A DNA stretch of 64,000 nt. Origin: Balanoglossus misakiensis (lineage: Eukaryota; Animalia; Hemichordata). The position numbers and the translations under genes are program-made. The stretch lies in contig CM082594.2 in NCBI GenBank assembly GCA_040954595.2, positions 10,978,276 to 11,042,275 of the forward strand, given 5' to 3'. Shown here in pieces: positions 38,501-53,500 of this stretch. Positions within the stretch are counted from its first letter, which is position 1, and the number at the start of each line of letters is the position of its first letter. The notes under the pieces are model-generated. The model saw only the letters and a list, made by a program, of their open reading frames with translations, ran no database searches and had not been told where the DNA came from.

Positions 38501-41500
38501 ATATACTCTCTACCTTTGTTCATAAGCATTAATACAGCTTTACAACAAGTCACCATCGTGATCCCATTGTGGGATTATTCGTCGCCATATTTTCAGAAGT
38601 CATTGAGTAGCCTCTCCGGGGAGCCATTCTTACACACAGCGAAAGACTTGGCAGGTTCAGCCATGTCAGAACCCACTGAGCAGAATATTGAGCGGCAAAC
38701 ACTGCCTTCTCTCCAGGCATTAATCATCGCCATCGCTGTGTATGAAAACGGCAATAATTAATGTGAATTTGTCATTTTGATTTACGCGCATTTAATTTAA
38801 TCTTTCATGCGCCCAGTGCCACAGCCAAATTCATAACATCAACATTTAATACATCACTGGCCGTGACAGATTAATAGCTTTTAGCAGTTGGAAACAGCGC
38901 CCCGAAAAACTCCGCCAAAAATGACAATAATGTAAACGACGCCTGTTCTGTTTTAAGTCACATCAATTTACATCTAGGTTCGCGATCGTTCTAGTGAAAT
39001 ACATTTGTAGTTTTACCAGCCATCCACGGACGCTGTGCAAACTGCTTCGAGATAATAGTCTGCCCAGCAAGAGTTTGAGAGTTTTATTAGCTGGTGATTT
39101 ATGAATATTGAGGGGATGTATTTGTTTGGAATACCTCAATTCATTCAGACGATGATTAGAATCTAACCTGGGGGTTGCAATCTGCGGCATTTGGCCAATA
39201 CAGATCGGTCGAGAGGTTGCAATGAAGCCATAACACATACAGACCTTGTACGACCTGTGTGTTTGTAGATGCTTGAACCACTGCACTGACCTCCTTATCC
39301 AGATTCAAACTATGTCGGGCTGTGATACTTAAAGTCCAATACGGACTTCATTGACTTCATGCGTGTATACAACAACGGCAGCGCGATCTCGTCATTCTTT
39401 GACTGCGCGCCCTGAACGCATACACGTGATCGCACAGACGCCCCACCAAAACACACTCTCTCTCTCAGATAGATATACAGGCAGTGTGCCAGTATTTTTT
39501 TAGCACACTACTGGCAAAAACCATGGCACATTGTAGCACCTCTTTCATACGTACCACCTCAGCATATTGCCAGCACAAGGAGGCATGAGTGCAGACAAAT
39601 GCGCCATTGTTTTACAGAGAGAGGCCTTTGAAATGCCAGAATTCAAATTCCGGGAATTTGTGCTATTAAGAAAACACCGGGGCGAAATCGCTGAGGAAAT
39701 GCCACCATCGTACGAAAAAAACAAAAAACGTTACCGCCAGCGGAATTGCTGGAAACGTACACACTCATCTCTCTTTATGCCTTTGCTTTTGTCCACAACC
39801 ATTCAAGGATAATTTCCTTGATTTATTCATTCACGACTTCCCGTATTGTGCGGAATGATTCAGCCCCCTCGCTGACATGTGTTCGCCGAGTCACCATATT
39901 AAACCCGTATTGACCTACATCAATGGCGCGAGACCCACTGCACTATAATCCACTGCTCGGGAATGCCCTGAACGACCCCTGCATTACAAAAGTACATTTT
40001 GGTGTCACCATCAAAACAGAAAACCCTCGCCCTCCTACAATATATTTCACCCATCTCTTCTTCATCTTTGCTTGCCGATAATTGTACGCCATGTTACGTA
40101 CAGTACTACGCCACTATCGCCATACATGTAATGACAGTAATCACATAGTGGTTTGCAGTGTGAAATTAAACACTAAATGTCATTTTCACCAGAGTCCAAA
40201 CAGTCAACACCATGACACCACAATTGCGTTCTTGACTCTAAATACCAATAATAACCCGAAATAATCATTACCAGTGTTCCTGCCTCAGATGAGATTTCAT
40301 CTGCAGTTATCTACAGATGACCTGTTTTGGTTGATCAAAAAAAGCACACAGCCGTTCCAAAATGACTACTTTAAAAGTCAAACGGGTAATTATGTACTGT
40401 GGAGATGCGTGTATGCTTTTCCAAATTGTACTTGGGAACGTATTACCATATAAATGAACTTCAGGATGGTTGTCCTGCGTATAATATCAACATGTAAATC
40501 AGGCCCTAATATCTATAGCTACTGAGTGACAATCAAGGTATGCGTTATCTTCATTGTATTGATTTGTCAATAAAACAGCTATTCTGTATTGAAAGAAATT
40601 GTCCTAACATCATTTTCATAACAAACTCAGTGTCATCTTCATGAAACATCACTTTTTTACAAAAGCCTTTTTCTTAAGTGTGTATATAATATGTTTCTTT
40701 TTTTACGGTTTGTTTGTCAATTATTCATAATCTGATATAATATTGCTTTATATTAGCATATTAGATAGGATAACCTAATTGACATGAAGATTTTTTGTCT
40801 ATTTTAGGATTCATGCCATTTGTTCATCCAAGCGAATGAACCACCCTTACAAGCATCACTAGACAACTCAGGTTATAGTCATCTACAACACTTCACAACT
40901 AAAACCTTCCATAACACTTGTTACGTAACTTGTCGGTTTGTTTTGTGCATTTCTGTGGACAAAGCACCGACCATTAACATTTTATTACCACTGCACATTA
41001 AAATGGAATATTTAATGGGACATGACTGGACACCGCGAATTATTCAGCGTGTCATAATACAGCCACTTCATCTGGTAATTACAAAACTATTCCTTCTATG
41101 ATTTAACTGTTATGTTGTCACTTTCACTGCACTGCGAAACACACATCAACAAAGTCCCTTGATAATTACAGAAGGATCTGAGACTAATAATTGCTGGAAA
41201 TGTTAATTGTCGGGAAAGTTTATATAATGAGATACCTACAATATATTATATTGATAGTGACTATTTCATTTTTAATACTGATAGTACTGAGAAAATGCAA
41301 GTGGAATTTCCTATTAAAAAACAAAAAAACAAATTCAAGCCCGGGGGAAAAACAGAAGCAGTAATTCCGCAGAACGTTATTTTTTTTCTTGCTGGCCTGT
41401 ACGCGCTTGTCACGTATTCGAACCGCAGCACAGGCTCCTGCCAGCGCCATATATCTCGCGCTAAATGCTGTATTGGAAGGGACAGTCGGGTCGTCCAGTA

Positions 41501-44500
41501 TCACACCATAGTGGTACAGTAGTTGTCAAGGGCTAAATTAGACAGCTATGAGGTGGAGGGAATAGCTGGTGTCCAATCTACAAGTGATACACGACACCTA
41601 ATAAATCCTTTATCTCCACTGGTCATACGACCCCGATAGTTATATATCTCGGGTCAACTTACCAGGGTGCCAATACAGAGAGCTGTTTTTCATTTACAGT
41701 CACAGCCTTTCAACACATCCCACTACTCAAGAGCTGTTTCTCACCCCCCCCCCCCCCACCCTCCCATACAAAATGTTTGTTTGTCAGAACTACTCAGCTC
41801 TTTCATAGCGCCATCAGATGTATCCTCTGGTATACGTGTATTTTCAGTATCCTCCGTATCTACTACTGTACAGTTTCTTGTTCCAATCCCCAAAGCATAA
41901 TGAAAATGGAAACAAACTGAACAACAGTACAGTTGTAAAACATTCAATTTATTCTGCAGAGCTGTGCACTTGAAATAGAGAATTTAATCGAAATTCAGGT
42001 GACACACACGCACGAGTTGATCGGCGATTCAATCACAGAGTTCGCCTATCGTTTCAATTACGCTCAATACTGCACGGAAAATGAATGCGTGGCAGGGGCA
42101 GTCACACCTGGAATAAACCCAGGACCCGGCAATTTATTTCGCTTTAACAAAACTTTAACGAGAATTGCAGGTACCAGAAGACCCTCAGTGCTGCGTGTAA
42201 CGTACAATCGCGTGCAAAACCAGAAAAAGGTCTGTTTCGGAATCGACCGCTTTGTCGCACTTTTCCCCCTGCGGAAAATCTAACACAGCGGTGCTATTTT
42301 GTTGTGGCAGTTCTCGCGTGAAGTTCGTTTCGAAGAATCTGCCTCTTGCGAATTTGCCGCAGAAACAATGCAGCAATTAGGTGACAAGTTCCTTGTGACG
42401 CAGCTTGGCCATGTGTTGTATTGATCTCAAGGGGAGGTCTTGCAAACACCAACTCTCCTCCCACGCATACTTGGCATTTCGAAAAACAAAAGGGCCAGGC
42501 TCTTGTTGTTCTACAACCGGCAGGCTCATTAGCTGGGAAAATCTGGTCAAAAATTGGCAGTACCCATCTCTGTTATTTCCCAACACTTACATCACTTGTG
42601 CCAATGGATTATCAGTGAAGACAAGATGACGTTTTTTAAAATATAGATTCATATGAAAAATACTGTCTGTTTGGTTTGACAAAAACAATTCCAGAAAGAT
42701 GACAAATAGATGCAACGCATCATATGACTGCAGTATTACTTATGTAATTATGCTAGAGAGTTCTATCGCACAAATTTGAAACAAAGAATACTTGAGTATT
42801 TGCTTCTATTTGGATTGGTGAGGCTAAATCAACTAAAAGCTGATAAATTTGAAGATGACAAAAGATTGGCCATAATAGAACCCGGTACTTCATGGCAAAT
42901 GCATTCTTGCTTACGTAACCACTGTGCATTGTATAAGAATTACAAATACACACAATCCTTGCACGTAACATTAGCATTGACTCCCACTTTGATTTTGAGT
43001 ACAGGTGCGTTTTGTGTACATAAGGGTGCAAATAACTCGATCCAAAGTTTGGCATTTTAAAGCAATCCTTGTTCCCATTAAAACACCTGACAGTAGTAAA
43101 ACCTCGGCCACCCTTTGCAAAGCAAGAGTTCTTTTGTTTTCCTTACAAAATGCAAACTAGTTTACAAGTCCTAGGAACATCCATTTTATCCAAAACAGCA
43201 ACCACACAGGAGGATAAACATCTGAGAAACTAGACCTGTAATTCTTGCCAATGCATCATCTTTATTTTTAACGACTGTTCTTACGTCATGCTTAGAGGTA
43301 CATTGACGTAGTCACTGACGCCCGAATCTCTTTATCTTCTTTAACAATTCATTCGCCATTTTAATTAGCGGTGGTAATTGAAGACAATGCCACGTCACTC
43401 ATGCGAAAGTCCCAAGCCTTCTTTATTGCACAGGGAGAAAGGATCTCAGGTCTGTTTATGAAACCACTTCAGAAAAAAATATATAGAAAGCAGAAACATG
43501 AACTTCTGCATTGTAAAGTACGTCCTCCTCGCTAGATTCAATGTCAATGCCATTTATTAGTCGGGACCCTTTGTGTGAGCGAGGCCATGCCCAGTACCTT
43601 GGCAGCTTGCCAAGTGCACTTGGTCGGTGATTGGTCACCTTCAAGGCGTATTTTTCCCCGATTAGATTAAAGAATGCGCTGACTAATGGGTGTCAAAGGG
43701 CATCCTTGATACTTGTGTTAGGCCAGTTACCCTTGGTGTTTATCCACTGCCCACCTTTTGTGTTCACCTGCCGGATCAACTCGCCCCGGCAAGATGCGGG
43801 ACACCCTGGAAATCACAATCACATACACGGAATGGGAAAGCACGGATGAGGGAAAAGTGAAGGGGTATTTAATTGGTGTACCGCATCAAAATAAACGGAT
43901 CAAAAACGTTAGATGACATATTTTTGCCTTATTCCATCAAGACCAACATCACGGCAGCTTTGTGTAATACATTTTATAGCAAACTATTGCATCTTAAAAA
44001 CCACACTTGCGTTGTCAATATCAACGTCAACTAAACGTCAAAACCTACGCATTCACTCCAAAAATACATCAAGTTCAACACTTGTGCAGAGTACACAACA
44101 CCGCTCAGAAGAATCCAACCACAGCTGGCACACAGAACCTTATTCCCACAGAACATAAAACCCATCCCGAGGCAAGCTTGGAAAGTATACACAAAGTTCA
44201 TTTGGTGGCAACAACATCTGTGACAACTTGAACCAAGCCAATATAATGTTGCCACTGAAATCAGGCCAATTTCAAGGCATGACAAACTCCAGGCCATTTT
44301 CATTGGTGACTGTGGAAACATAAATGTACAGAAATGAAGTCACCATGTTTGTTGCACATGATTTTGACCTTGTCATATGATGCATGCTATCTGATTAATT
44401 ATTTCCTTACAAAGTTTCATATCCGACGGTTTCGTTCCTGTCGGCAGTGTACCATACAATGAGAATTTCCGGTTCCCATGAAATGCTTTTGATCCTGTTC

Positions 44501-47500
44501 GATAACAGGCCCCACGTGCACACACCAGTAATGAACACGGTTCAAAAGATTCAACATGTTCAAGTCTGTGTGATCTTTGATGTACATAACAAAGACATTC
44601 TCGATATCAGGAAATATAACAGGAAATATAAAGCGAAAATAAACAAATTGTATAAAAACATAGGTTAGGGATGTTTTGCATTACACTGATTCACTGCCAA
44701 GCCAACCACACTGTTCGACAAAGCCAGTTTTGGACCAAGAGAATGAAGGAAGGCTTCTTCATTCAGGTTTATTGCAGTGAAAGTTCATATCGTTGGCTTC
44801 ACATGCTTTGAACACTGTGTCTCATCGGATCAGCATTATGAACCGTTTGTTACCAAATTCATAGCATTGGACACTAAAATGTCGACTACATCGCACTATC
44901 AAAGTGTTTTATCGGCACATCACTTTCATTTTCAAATCAACTCTTCACACTCCCTCCCTTAGCCTAGTACCTCAGCGTACAAGGCTATCCCTCCCTCCAA
45001 CTCCCACACACTTTTCAACAAACACGACCTTTTAACCCCATTTGTCGGTTTGTTTGTTAAACTGCTCAGAGTTTTGACAGTGTTCTCTGTGTATGAAGGA
45101 TGGATTGGATTAGTTTTGTTGAGATGCTGTCACAGGTCATCAACTCTGAGTGAAAACAATGTGTAGTGCCCTTGGCAATGAACAATTTATTGAGCGCAAT
45201 CAACACCTCTCCTCTTTTTCTACTGTCTTCTTTTTTCCCGTATAAATTACAAACACACACGCACGCACGCGCGCACACACGTAGATCGGAGTGTCATCAA
45301 TAGCGACTTAAAGTGATGAGCTCAAATATCATTATCCTTGAAGGAACCGAGGAAATTTCCTTGGCAGTTCCAATTAGAGCATCTCAGCAACAGCGGAGTA
45401 AATGAAAAGGATGATGCAGTCGTAACCCTGGCAACATCGCCCATGGCAACCACTCTTCTGCTGTGTTTGGCGCTCATCCTGTCACTCACATAGGGGGTTA
45501 ATGAACACGGCAGCACAGAGTGTGCAGTTAATGACATTGGCTCTGGGCCAAGAGGTTATTTGTAAACAATGCAAGCAGTGAAGGTTTCTTTCGCTGAGAG
45601 TGTTTCGACTAAACTTAGCAACCAAAAGCAGGTTCCTTTCACGACACAAGATGGGGAGGGGGGGGGGATGAGTGTTTGCTCACATGTGCCTGACACTCAA
45701 TAAACACACAATGCATTGCAGCATTCATTAATCTAAACTCTTGCAAGGCAAGTTTTTTTCTCCCCCTGAAAGACCTTGACAACCGACATAGCTTTATAGC
45801 CTCTCCGTTGCTAACGCTTGGGTCAAAGTTTCTAACGTTGAGGCAAGATTCCACATACAAGCAAGCTGGGCTTGAGAATTTCAATTCATGCAAGAACCAG
45901 GGCTTATTTCTGATTACTATATCGTAGTAACATTTGGGGAACGCGGTTCCTGGTATTTCAGCCCAGCTCCAGTTATCTTCAAGTGGCGATTAAACAATCA
46001 TCATAGTTCAGAAGGGCGATTTCAAAACTCTACTCACTGAGTGAACTATGACCTTTGAATTGGGAGTAGCCTACTGCGAGTTGCAATAACCGGAGAAAAC
46101 AAAGATTATATTAGCACTTTTCTATTTAAAAAAATCACAGGCACACTGCCAAGCATTTGGCTTCATGTTATTGTGCCATTTAATAACAGCGTTAGTGTCA
46201 CTGCACGAAATGTGAACTTAACGACACTGGCAAATTCATGTGAAAATAATGAAACGTTTCACTAATTTGACAAAATTGTACGTTGTCCACAGTGGTCCTC
46301 GTATTCAAAGAGATAATTTGCGAGCGTAGAAGGCGATTTGTAACACAACTACATGTATTAGCCGAGTTCAGAGGTTAAACGCGTGTTAACAACAGACAGC
46401 TACTGTTTGTTGGATGTCGCAACCCTATAGTTCTAGGTCACACGAAAAATGGCCCACCTAACAACTTCAAGTCAAAGACGCTTCAGTCGAAATTATTTGA
46501 TACGAACTTCGCAACACATCCTCCCCATCAATTAGACCAACACAGGAGTTGAATCTAACACCAGCTCCGTGTTATAAACTCTGCCTTCAAGCAAGAATTG
46601 CAATTTATGAGGCAACCAATTTTGTAGGTTACAGTACGCACCCGGCAACACAACAAGACAGGCGGTATATAGGCATACCAGGCAGTGGCTAACACAATTC
46701 AGCACATGGTCTGTGTAACGAATGGCACGGAAAGGAGCAACGTGACCCACTTTTCCTTCTCACAGAAACAAAATACACATACTGTAGCTGGCGCTCAAAC
46801 TGGATGCGATGTTCACTGCAAAACACTGCACTGTCACCTCCATGTAACATTTCCCACAGATAGTGTGTAGTTCTTGCTCTCTAAGACACAGCATGCAATG
46901 TGGCGTGCAATTCTCAGATTATTGGCACGACAAGGTTGAAATCTTGGGAAGAAGAATGCACACACTGTTACTGGCACGTACGCACGTTCCATCGCACTTT
47001 CTATACAATGGCAGTCGTGTCCAAGACTACGCTGAATTTCAGCGATAAACTATGTAACGAATATTTTGCTGATAATTTTAAAACCAGGTGACGCAGAACA
47101 TATCCTGTGTGGTCCAATAAAACCAGCTTAACAATGTATATGCAATATCAGTGTGTGTACTAGATCCGTCAGGCAATCACTACCACAGATGTCTTGCAAT
47201 ATTTCGAAAGTGCCCAGAGTGGCTTGAGTACAACACCCTCACTGCTAGGCATATACACAAGCAGATGAGTAAGTGTTCTTCTTACAGTGCAGTATAACCT
47301 ATATTTATAGCCAGGAGCACTGCACTGCCAATAGTAGCATCCAGGGCATGGCACATACTTCGAATGAACAACGCACCTGCTAAGACAACTGCGATAGACT
47401 AGATAGTTTGCTACACTGGTCTGGTTTTCTGCAGTACAATGACGCCCAGAGCCAGCACACGTGTAGCGAAACTATGCTTGGCCGCCAAATTTCGCTGAGG

Positions 47501-50500
47501 GCACACAACCAACCAAAGGATGAGTTGGCGTAGCTGGCAAGTGTGTGTGAGAATCTGTCACTGGGACCCGAAAACCCTAAGTTCTCATCCAAAGCCTAAT
47601 ATATTTCTCACTTGAGTTTCAGGGCCAATTAACCGCAAAGCTGAATCCCCCCCTTGTAGTTTTCACATCATTTCTCCCATTCACAGTTAAAACCCTCTTG
47701 ATCCAGTGATGTGAAGGCACACGTACATTGCAACCATTGAAATAAACATCAAACAACACAAGGCAACAGGAAGACTTTTTTCTGGGGCGGAGAATTGTCA
47801 TCAAGATGTCGGTAATTAGCAAATTACATTTCTTAATTGAATTAGTGCGCACACTCAGAAAATGCAGAGCACACTTCAATAACAACAACATGGAAGACAA
47901 TACCCTTTTAATCCTTAATTTAGTTTTCAATACAATGAGACAGCTCTGCAGCTGGACTTCACATCCTCATTTTCAAGCTGCACTGATGAGCAGCAGCGTA
48001 GAAACACCATTATCTCCGCCCAGAATTAACAATTAAAGGCGATTTTTTTCAATCTACTCGTGATCATTTCCTCTCCGAGACGAGGAGTTAAAATCACCGG
48101 AAATTTCTAATCCCATTCTGCAAAACAACTTCAGACTCATCAGTTTGGTTGATCGCACACCCTTTTGAGAGAAAAAATATTTACTTCGCTCGATCAGTCA
48201 GGTCAGACATTCAGAGTCAGTCAGTCCAGGTGGTATATGTCCTGCCACCATGTGGGTCATATAATCACTGTTCCATGCAAACTCTGTTTAATATCACTTG
48301 AAATTAAAAGTTGTAATGTAACAAAATCAATGACGTGGATTTTGACACTGCAATGATCTTATACAGTCCTAGCAAGCATGGCCTTTGCTGAGTCAAAGCG
48401 CCGTGATAAACACGGGATCCCCAACACCTAAAAACATTTTGAAAATCCCTCCTTTCTCCCACCCACATTGATTTCAAAGAAAACTTGTCAGTCCCAATTT
48501 TCTGTTTGACTGTCAGATCGCCTAAATCCACACCCCTTCCCAATTTCTTTCAAACTGTGACACAGATACAATGGGGGATGTGGGAACACAATTATTTTTC
48601 TGACACCAGCTTTGCAATCACTGCCACCACCCAAAGTATTGAGATCCGCCAGTGTCCACAGTCATTCTTTAAGATCCCTGCACGATTCCGTCAGTCGGCA
48701 GGTGTTTATTGTGGTTGCCACGGTATCAATCACCTTCAAGTCAATCTCAAGGTCTCCCAATCTATTTCTATGCAACCCCAGCTAACCACCCCTATCTGTC
48801 ACAATCTCCCCTATCGATTGCCGGAAATGGAAAACAGGGGGCTTCTATTCACCAAGGTCAAGGCCAATTTCCGTAGCAACCATCAAGTCATTCCCAGCTC
48901 TCACATTCCCCCCTATTAAAGGAATAAAGGAATTCAAAACACACTTCAGACTTCGGCAAAGGCGATACTGGAACATCTCACCAGAATGCGCAGATACGAC
49001 GCACGTATTGTGCGCAACAACACAGGCTTTTGTAGAAGGTGGTTGCCACTTGCAACACGAGAGATGGATCAATTCCAGCCAAGAATAAAGTGTACTTTAA
49101 TAGCAAATAAACCTGTAGTATTTTAACAGAAATGAGCCGGGCTGCCCTACAAACCAAGAATGCCAGGAACGCGTTTATGAAACAGAAAAAACAAGATCAC
49201 ACCTAACAGACAAACTCGAGATCTATTCGGCCATGCCGATCCCTCACACGTGGAAACTGATCACCCAACAGAGAGTTTGACACTTCAGGCTGTCAGTCCA
49301 CACAATGTCATTCACGACCTAGTAAACTACCTCATATTGTAGTAAATTTCACGCTCGCTAAATCTAACCTTTCACATTTGAGGTTTACAGACCTGAGTCA
49401 ATAGAAGTTGAGTTTGCTATAAAACACCCCCACATTGCTAATGATGACACCAACGCCTTCGATATACAGCAGAGGTATTATTATTAATGTGCACACACAC
49501 ACAGTCACACACACGTAACATGCATCGTATGAACATAGATCACAATCAAAACCAACAGCATAGGGTTTACGATTTAAAAGGGCACCTAACATTTACTCCA
49601 TCAGTCATTATTTCTCTGCACTGAGAATCAACAAAATTCTTTCTCACATCGCTCAGTCAGCGAAATGGAAACATTTCACTTGTCAATGTGACTTAATAAT
49701 TAATTTGTCAATTTTTAACCCACGCAATTGAAAAACAAACATTTCATTTCAACACACGCAATAGTTTCTTATCAGAGATGCAGATTTCACAAACTACATA
49801 ACGTAACATCCCCAAAAGCCTGGGTCAACAACATTTGCCAGCAATCCTACTTAACCTGTGTTCATATCAGTTTCCAGCCAACTGGAACACTGATAAAGTT
49901 TCTAAACTGAGCTTGCCCGTTGAGCACATCAACCCCAACCACGCTATATATACATGTAGGCATGAATACTCCATCCATGAAGTACTCACTATTTGGTTGT
50001 TTTTATTCTCCATATGTGCAATTTTTTGTCATTTGCTCACAAATGGCGACCAGATCAGCAAAACCAGAATTTACCTAGCATCACCAGTTGTGGGTACGTG
50101 GGTTTACTCTGCCCAGATAAAGATCAAGCATGTTGTTTTGGCATTCCTGAAACAACAGTACAATGACTGCTTTCAAGTCATTATACAAACAAAAGGCAGA
50201 GAGACACTGGAGCCCTCTGATCTAATCACTGTATACTCAAAAAGTAGAACACAGAAGGCAGAGTATTCACATCGTCCAGTTTCAATAATTAACTTATGAA
50301 TAATTCAAAGCTGCCTTTTGTTAGGAGCCCCTCGCATCAACGCTATTCCAGTAAAATACCCATGCTATTGTTTATCACCAGTAAACAAAATAGACGACGT
50401 CGTAAGATTTCTCAAATATGTTCTCTATTACAGTTAATGTTCTCTCTGGAAAATGTAAACAGAATACATTATCAACAACTAAAAACTTGAGGGAAGTTTT

Positions 50501-53500
50501 AATGTTATTTTCATTATATCTGACTGTTTCATTTGCTTAATTTTTAAAACACAAATGTGTGTAGTAAACTAAAATATATCCATTTCATAAATAAGCACAG
50601 TGGACAATTTCTTAAAACTGTCCTGCCGACTGTCCCTGCTAAGATTTGACCAACAGGAATTCTAATACCTTCAGCTTTTTATACAGCTCTTAATATTGTT
50701 TACTTTAGAGTTAGATACATCCAAGTGAAATCTGTTTCTGGGATTTGTCTATATATCACTACTATCAGCTTGACCATACTGCAAATACTAAACCCACCAG
50801 GGCTGTTTCCTTGAAATATTTGACCTCTTTCAGGTCATCAATGCATCCCCTCCCCCCCAAGTGGGTCATCTCTACTCGGTATTGGTTCCAGCAGTGTGTG
50901 TACTAAATATATGCCAAGCTGTGTTACATAACAGACAATTAGAGTATGGCATTTCATTTCACGTTTTCTATTTTTCCTCAGGATCACATGGTTATCTTAC
51001 GCCCACAATACACATGTATAGTCCAACGCGTTCCACGTTTCAGATGTACGACTTCTGTTGTTCTAGATTGTTAGCATACGTCGCTGAACATCGCCATACT
51101 TTCACACACTATAAATACAATATTTGAACCCACGCTCAAATAGCAATACATTCCAATTTGGGCGTTTTCGTACATACACGACAAGTCACCTACAACCAGA
51201 CTTTCCGCATTAAATACAATCTGCCAGTATTCTCCTCAGAGCAATTACAGAGTGTTGGCCACTAAATTTTCATTTTTTTTGAAAATAACAGAAACTCAGG
51301 AACAGTAAAAAATAATTTTTTACACTGTCATTCAAATTCAAAATTCCCAGCAAAAACACTGTTCTGGGTTAACACAACAACATGCAATGCATCTCAGTTC
51401 TTACTATAAAAAAATCAAATTCATGCATAAAAGAGACGTCCTGATCATCTCACGAAACAAACACGAAATGTACCACCAGTACAAATGAATTATTTATATA
51501 CATTCACTTGAAAATGTTCACACATTGTATTTTTGTATATTTAAACAATATGCATATGGCATATTGAAGAAAACCTTTCCAGCTGTTCATTTCTGGATTT
51601 GCATCTGGATTTTTTTTTTGTAAACAACGAATGAAATGGTGTGTTCAATGTACCAATGCATAACATAAAACCTCATACGCGTACACGTTGGATTTTTTCC
51701 TTCATAAATTTCATCATTAAATTTTTACTGAATTAATATTTTGAAGTGCAAAACATGAGTTCTTATCGTAATCCCTTCCACTAAACAGAAAATCGGTGTT
51801 TAATGCATCAACATATCAACCTTTCTTCATTGGAATTATGGAAACCCAAAAATACAACTGTGCAAGTAACAATGTCATCTTATATTTGCAAGTGGGACTA
51901 CATGACCGCCACAAAAAAGCCATACAATTCTGACATAAAAATTCTATAAATACAACACCATACATGTACAGTATCACGTACAATTTCCACTGACCTAAAT
52001 GACATTAACGTATCGCTAAGGCCTACCTTCATGTTTTTATTCAAGCAGGGGCTCATATCCCTTGAAACATGGCTTTGTGTTACTGGATTATTGCGTGCTG
52101 ATATTAAAGCGCCATTATTTGATTGTCCGTGACCAGTGAGCAACCAATCACACAGATAACTGCGATGATACTGCTACGCACTCAGATATACAGGCTTCAC
52201 AATTAGGCACGTTTAATTATCTCCAATTTTACCAGAAATTTGGCTTTGACATGTCTGTTATCTAACCTTCAAACCCAGCAAAAACATATAATTGAAACAT
52301 AAACAGCCGATGGTGTGGCGATCTCAACAATATCAAGCACTGGTGTTTTTCTTTCAAACATTCATGTAGGTCAAGGTCCATGATGATGGAAGATTTCAAT
52401 TAGCCGGTGGCTGTTTGGGGAAAAAAGTTCAATTTCTGGGAGTGTATCAATAACCCACACTGGGATTGAATTTGCAACGCTTGTTGTTATTGGTCGGTAT
52501 AATTTTGAGCCGTTGGCGAAAAACGATGCATGTGGAAGAAGGGATTTGGCCAGAGAGATTGTGCCAGGCTTAAACCAAACCAAGCCAATCTGACTCCATG
52601 AAAATGACAGTAAGCTATCCTCATCAAGGTCACACTGACACAAATCCAATGATTTGAATATATTCAGATACCTGCATTTCACACAAAGAGTTCAAGTAAT
52701 TTAATACGAATTGTTCAACAGTATTTCTGCTTGAAGGCAAGCAAAACCAGTGGCGGCAGTGTCTTCTTGAGATTAGAGCTCTAAGAATTTTATATGTTCG
52801 ATAGTCATTTAATTTTATTTAGCAAAACGATAAAATTTCCCATTTTAAATCACATGAACATACTGTATCCATTTCAAAGCATATAATACATACAAATGAT
52901 AGAAACCCATTTCTCCTCTCCCTTTACCTCCATCCACGACATAATCATAGTTGTGCATCGATGCACAATGTACACACACACCTGGCAGGATCTAAACAGG
53001 CAGAGAAGAGAAACAAAAGCGATATTTACAGCTAGATGTAGGCCACTGTTGTTGTGAATTTGAGCAGTTCAACTACCGGATTTACAGTGCAACAGCCTCA
53101 AGGTCGCCAAGCGACCGAGTCATATTACTCCGCGAGGCTACTCCTTTCAATTTAAGGAGAAATACGAAGGACTGCTTTCTGTAAATTTAACATCCCACAC
53201 GTGTAATCATAACGCACGTCTCCATCTAATACTCCCCCTCCTCCGTAAGAGTAAGCTTGAAAAGAAAACAAATTCATTCATTAAAGTGCAAACTGTAAAC
53301 CCAGGGTTCTGCTAATGGATTTCTTTGAGGACAAGGTCACATGATGGAACAGCAGAGCCCATTCACTCATTTTCCAGCGTTGCACAAATCCAAAAAAAGA
53401 AGCTAAATCCACCAAACAATACCGGGCATTACGGCAAATAATGTGTCCACTTCCCAATAACTTGCTCATTTTCCATCGCACAAAGATCGGCTGGCGCTGG

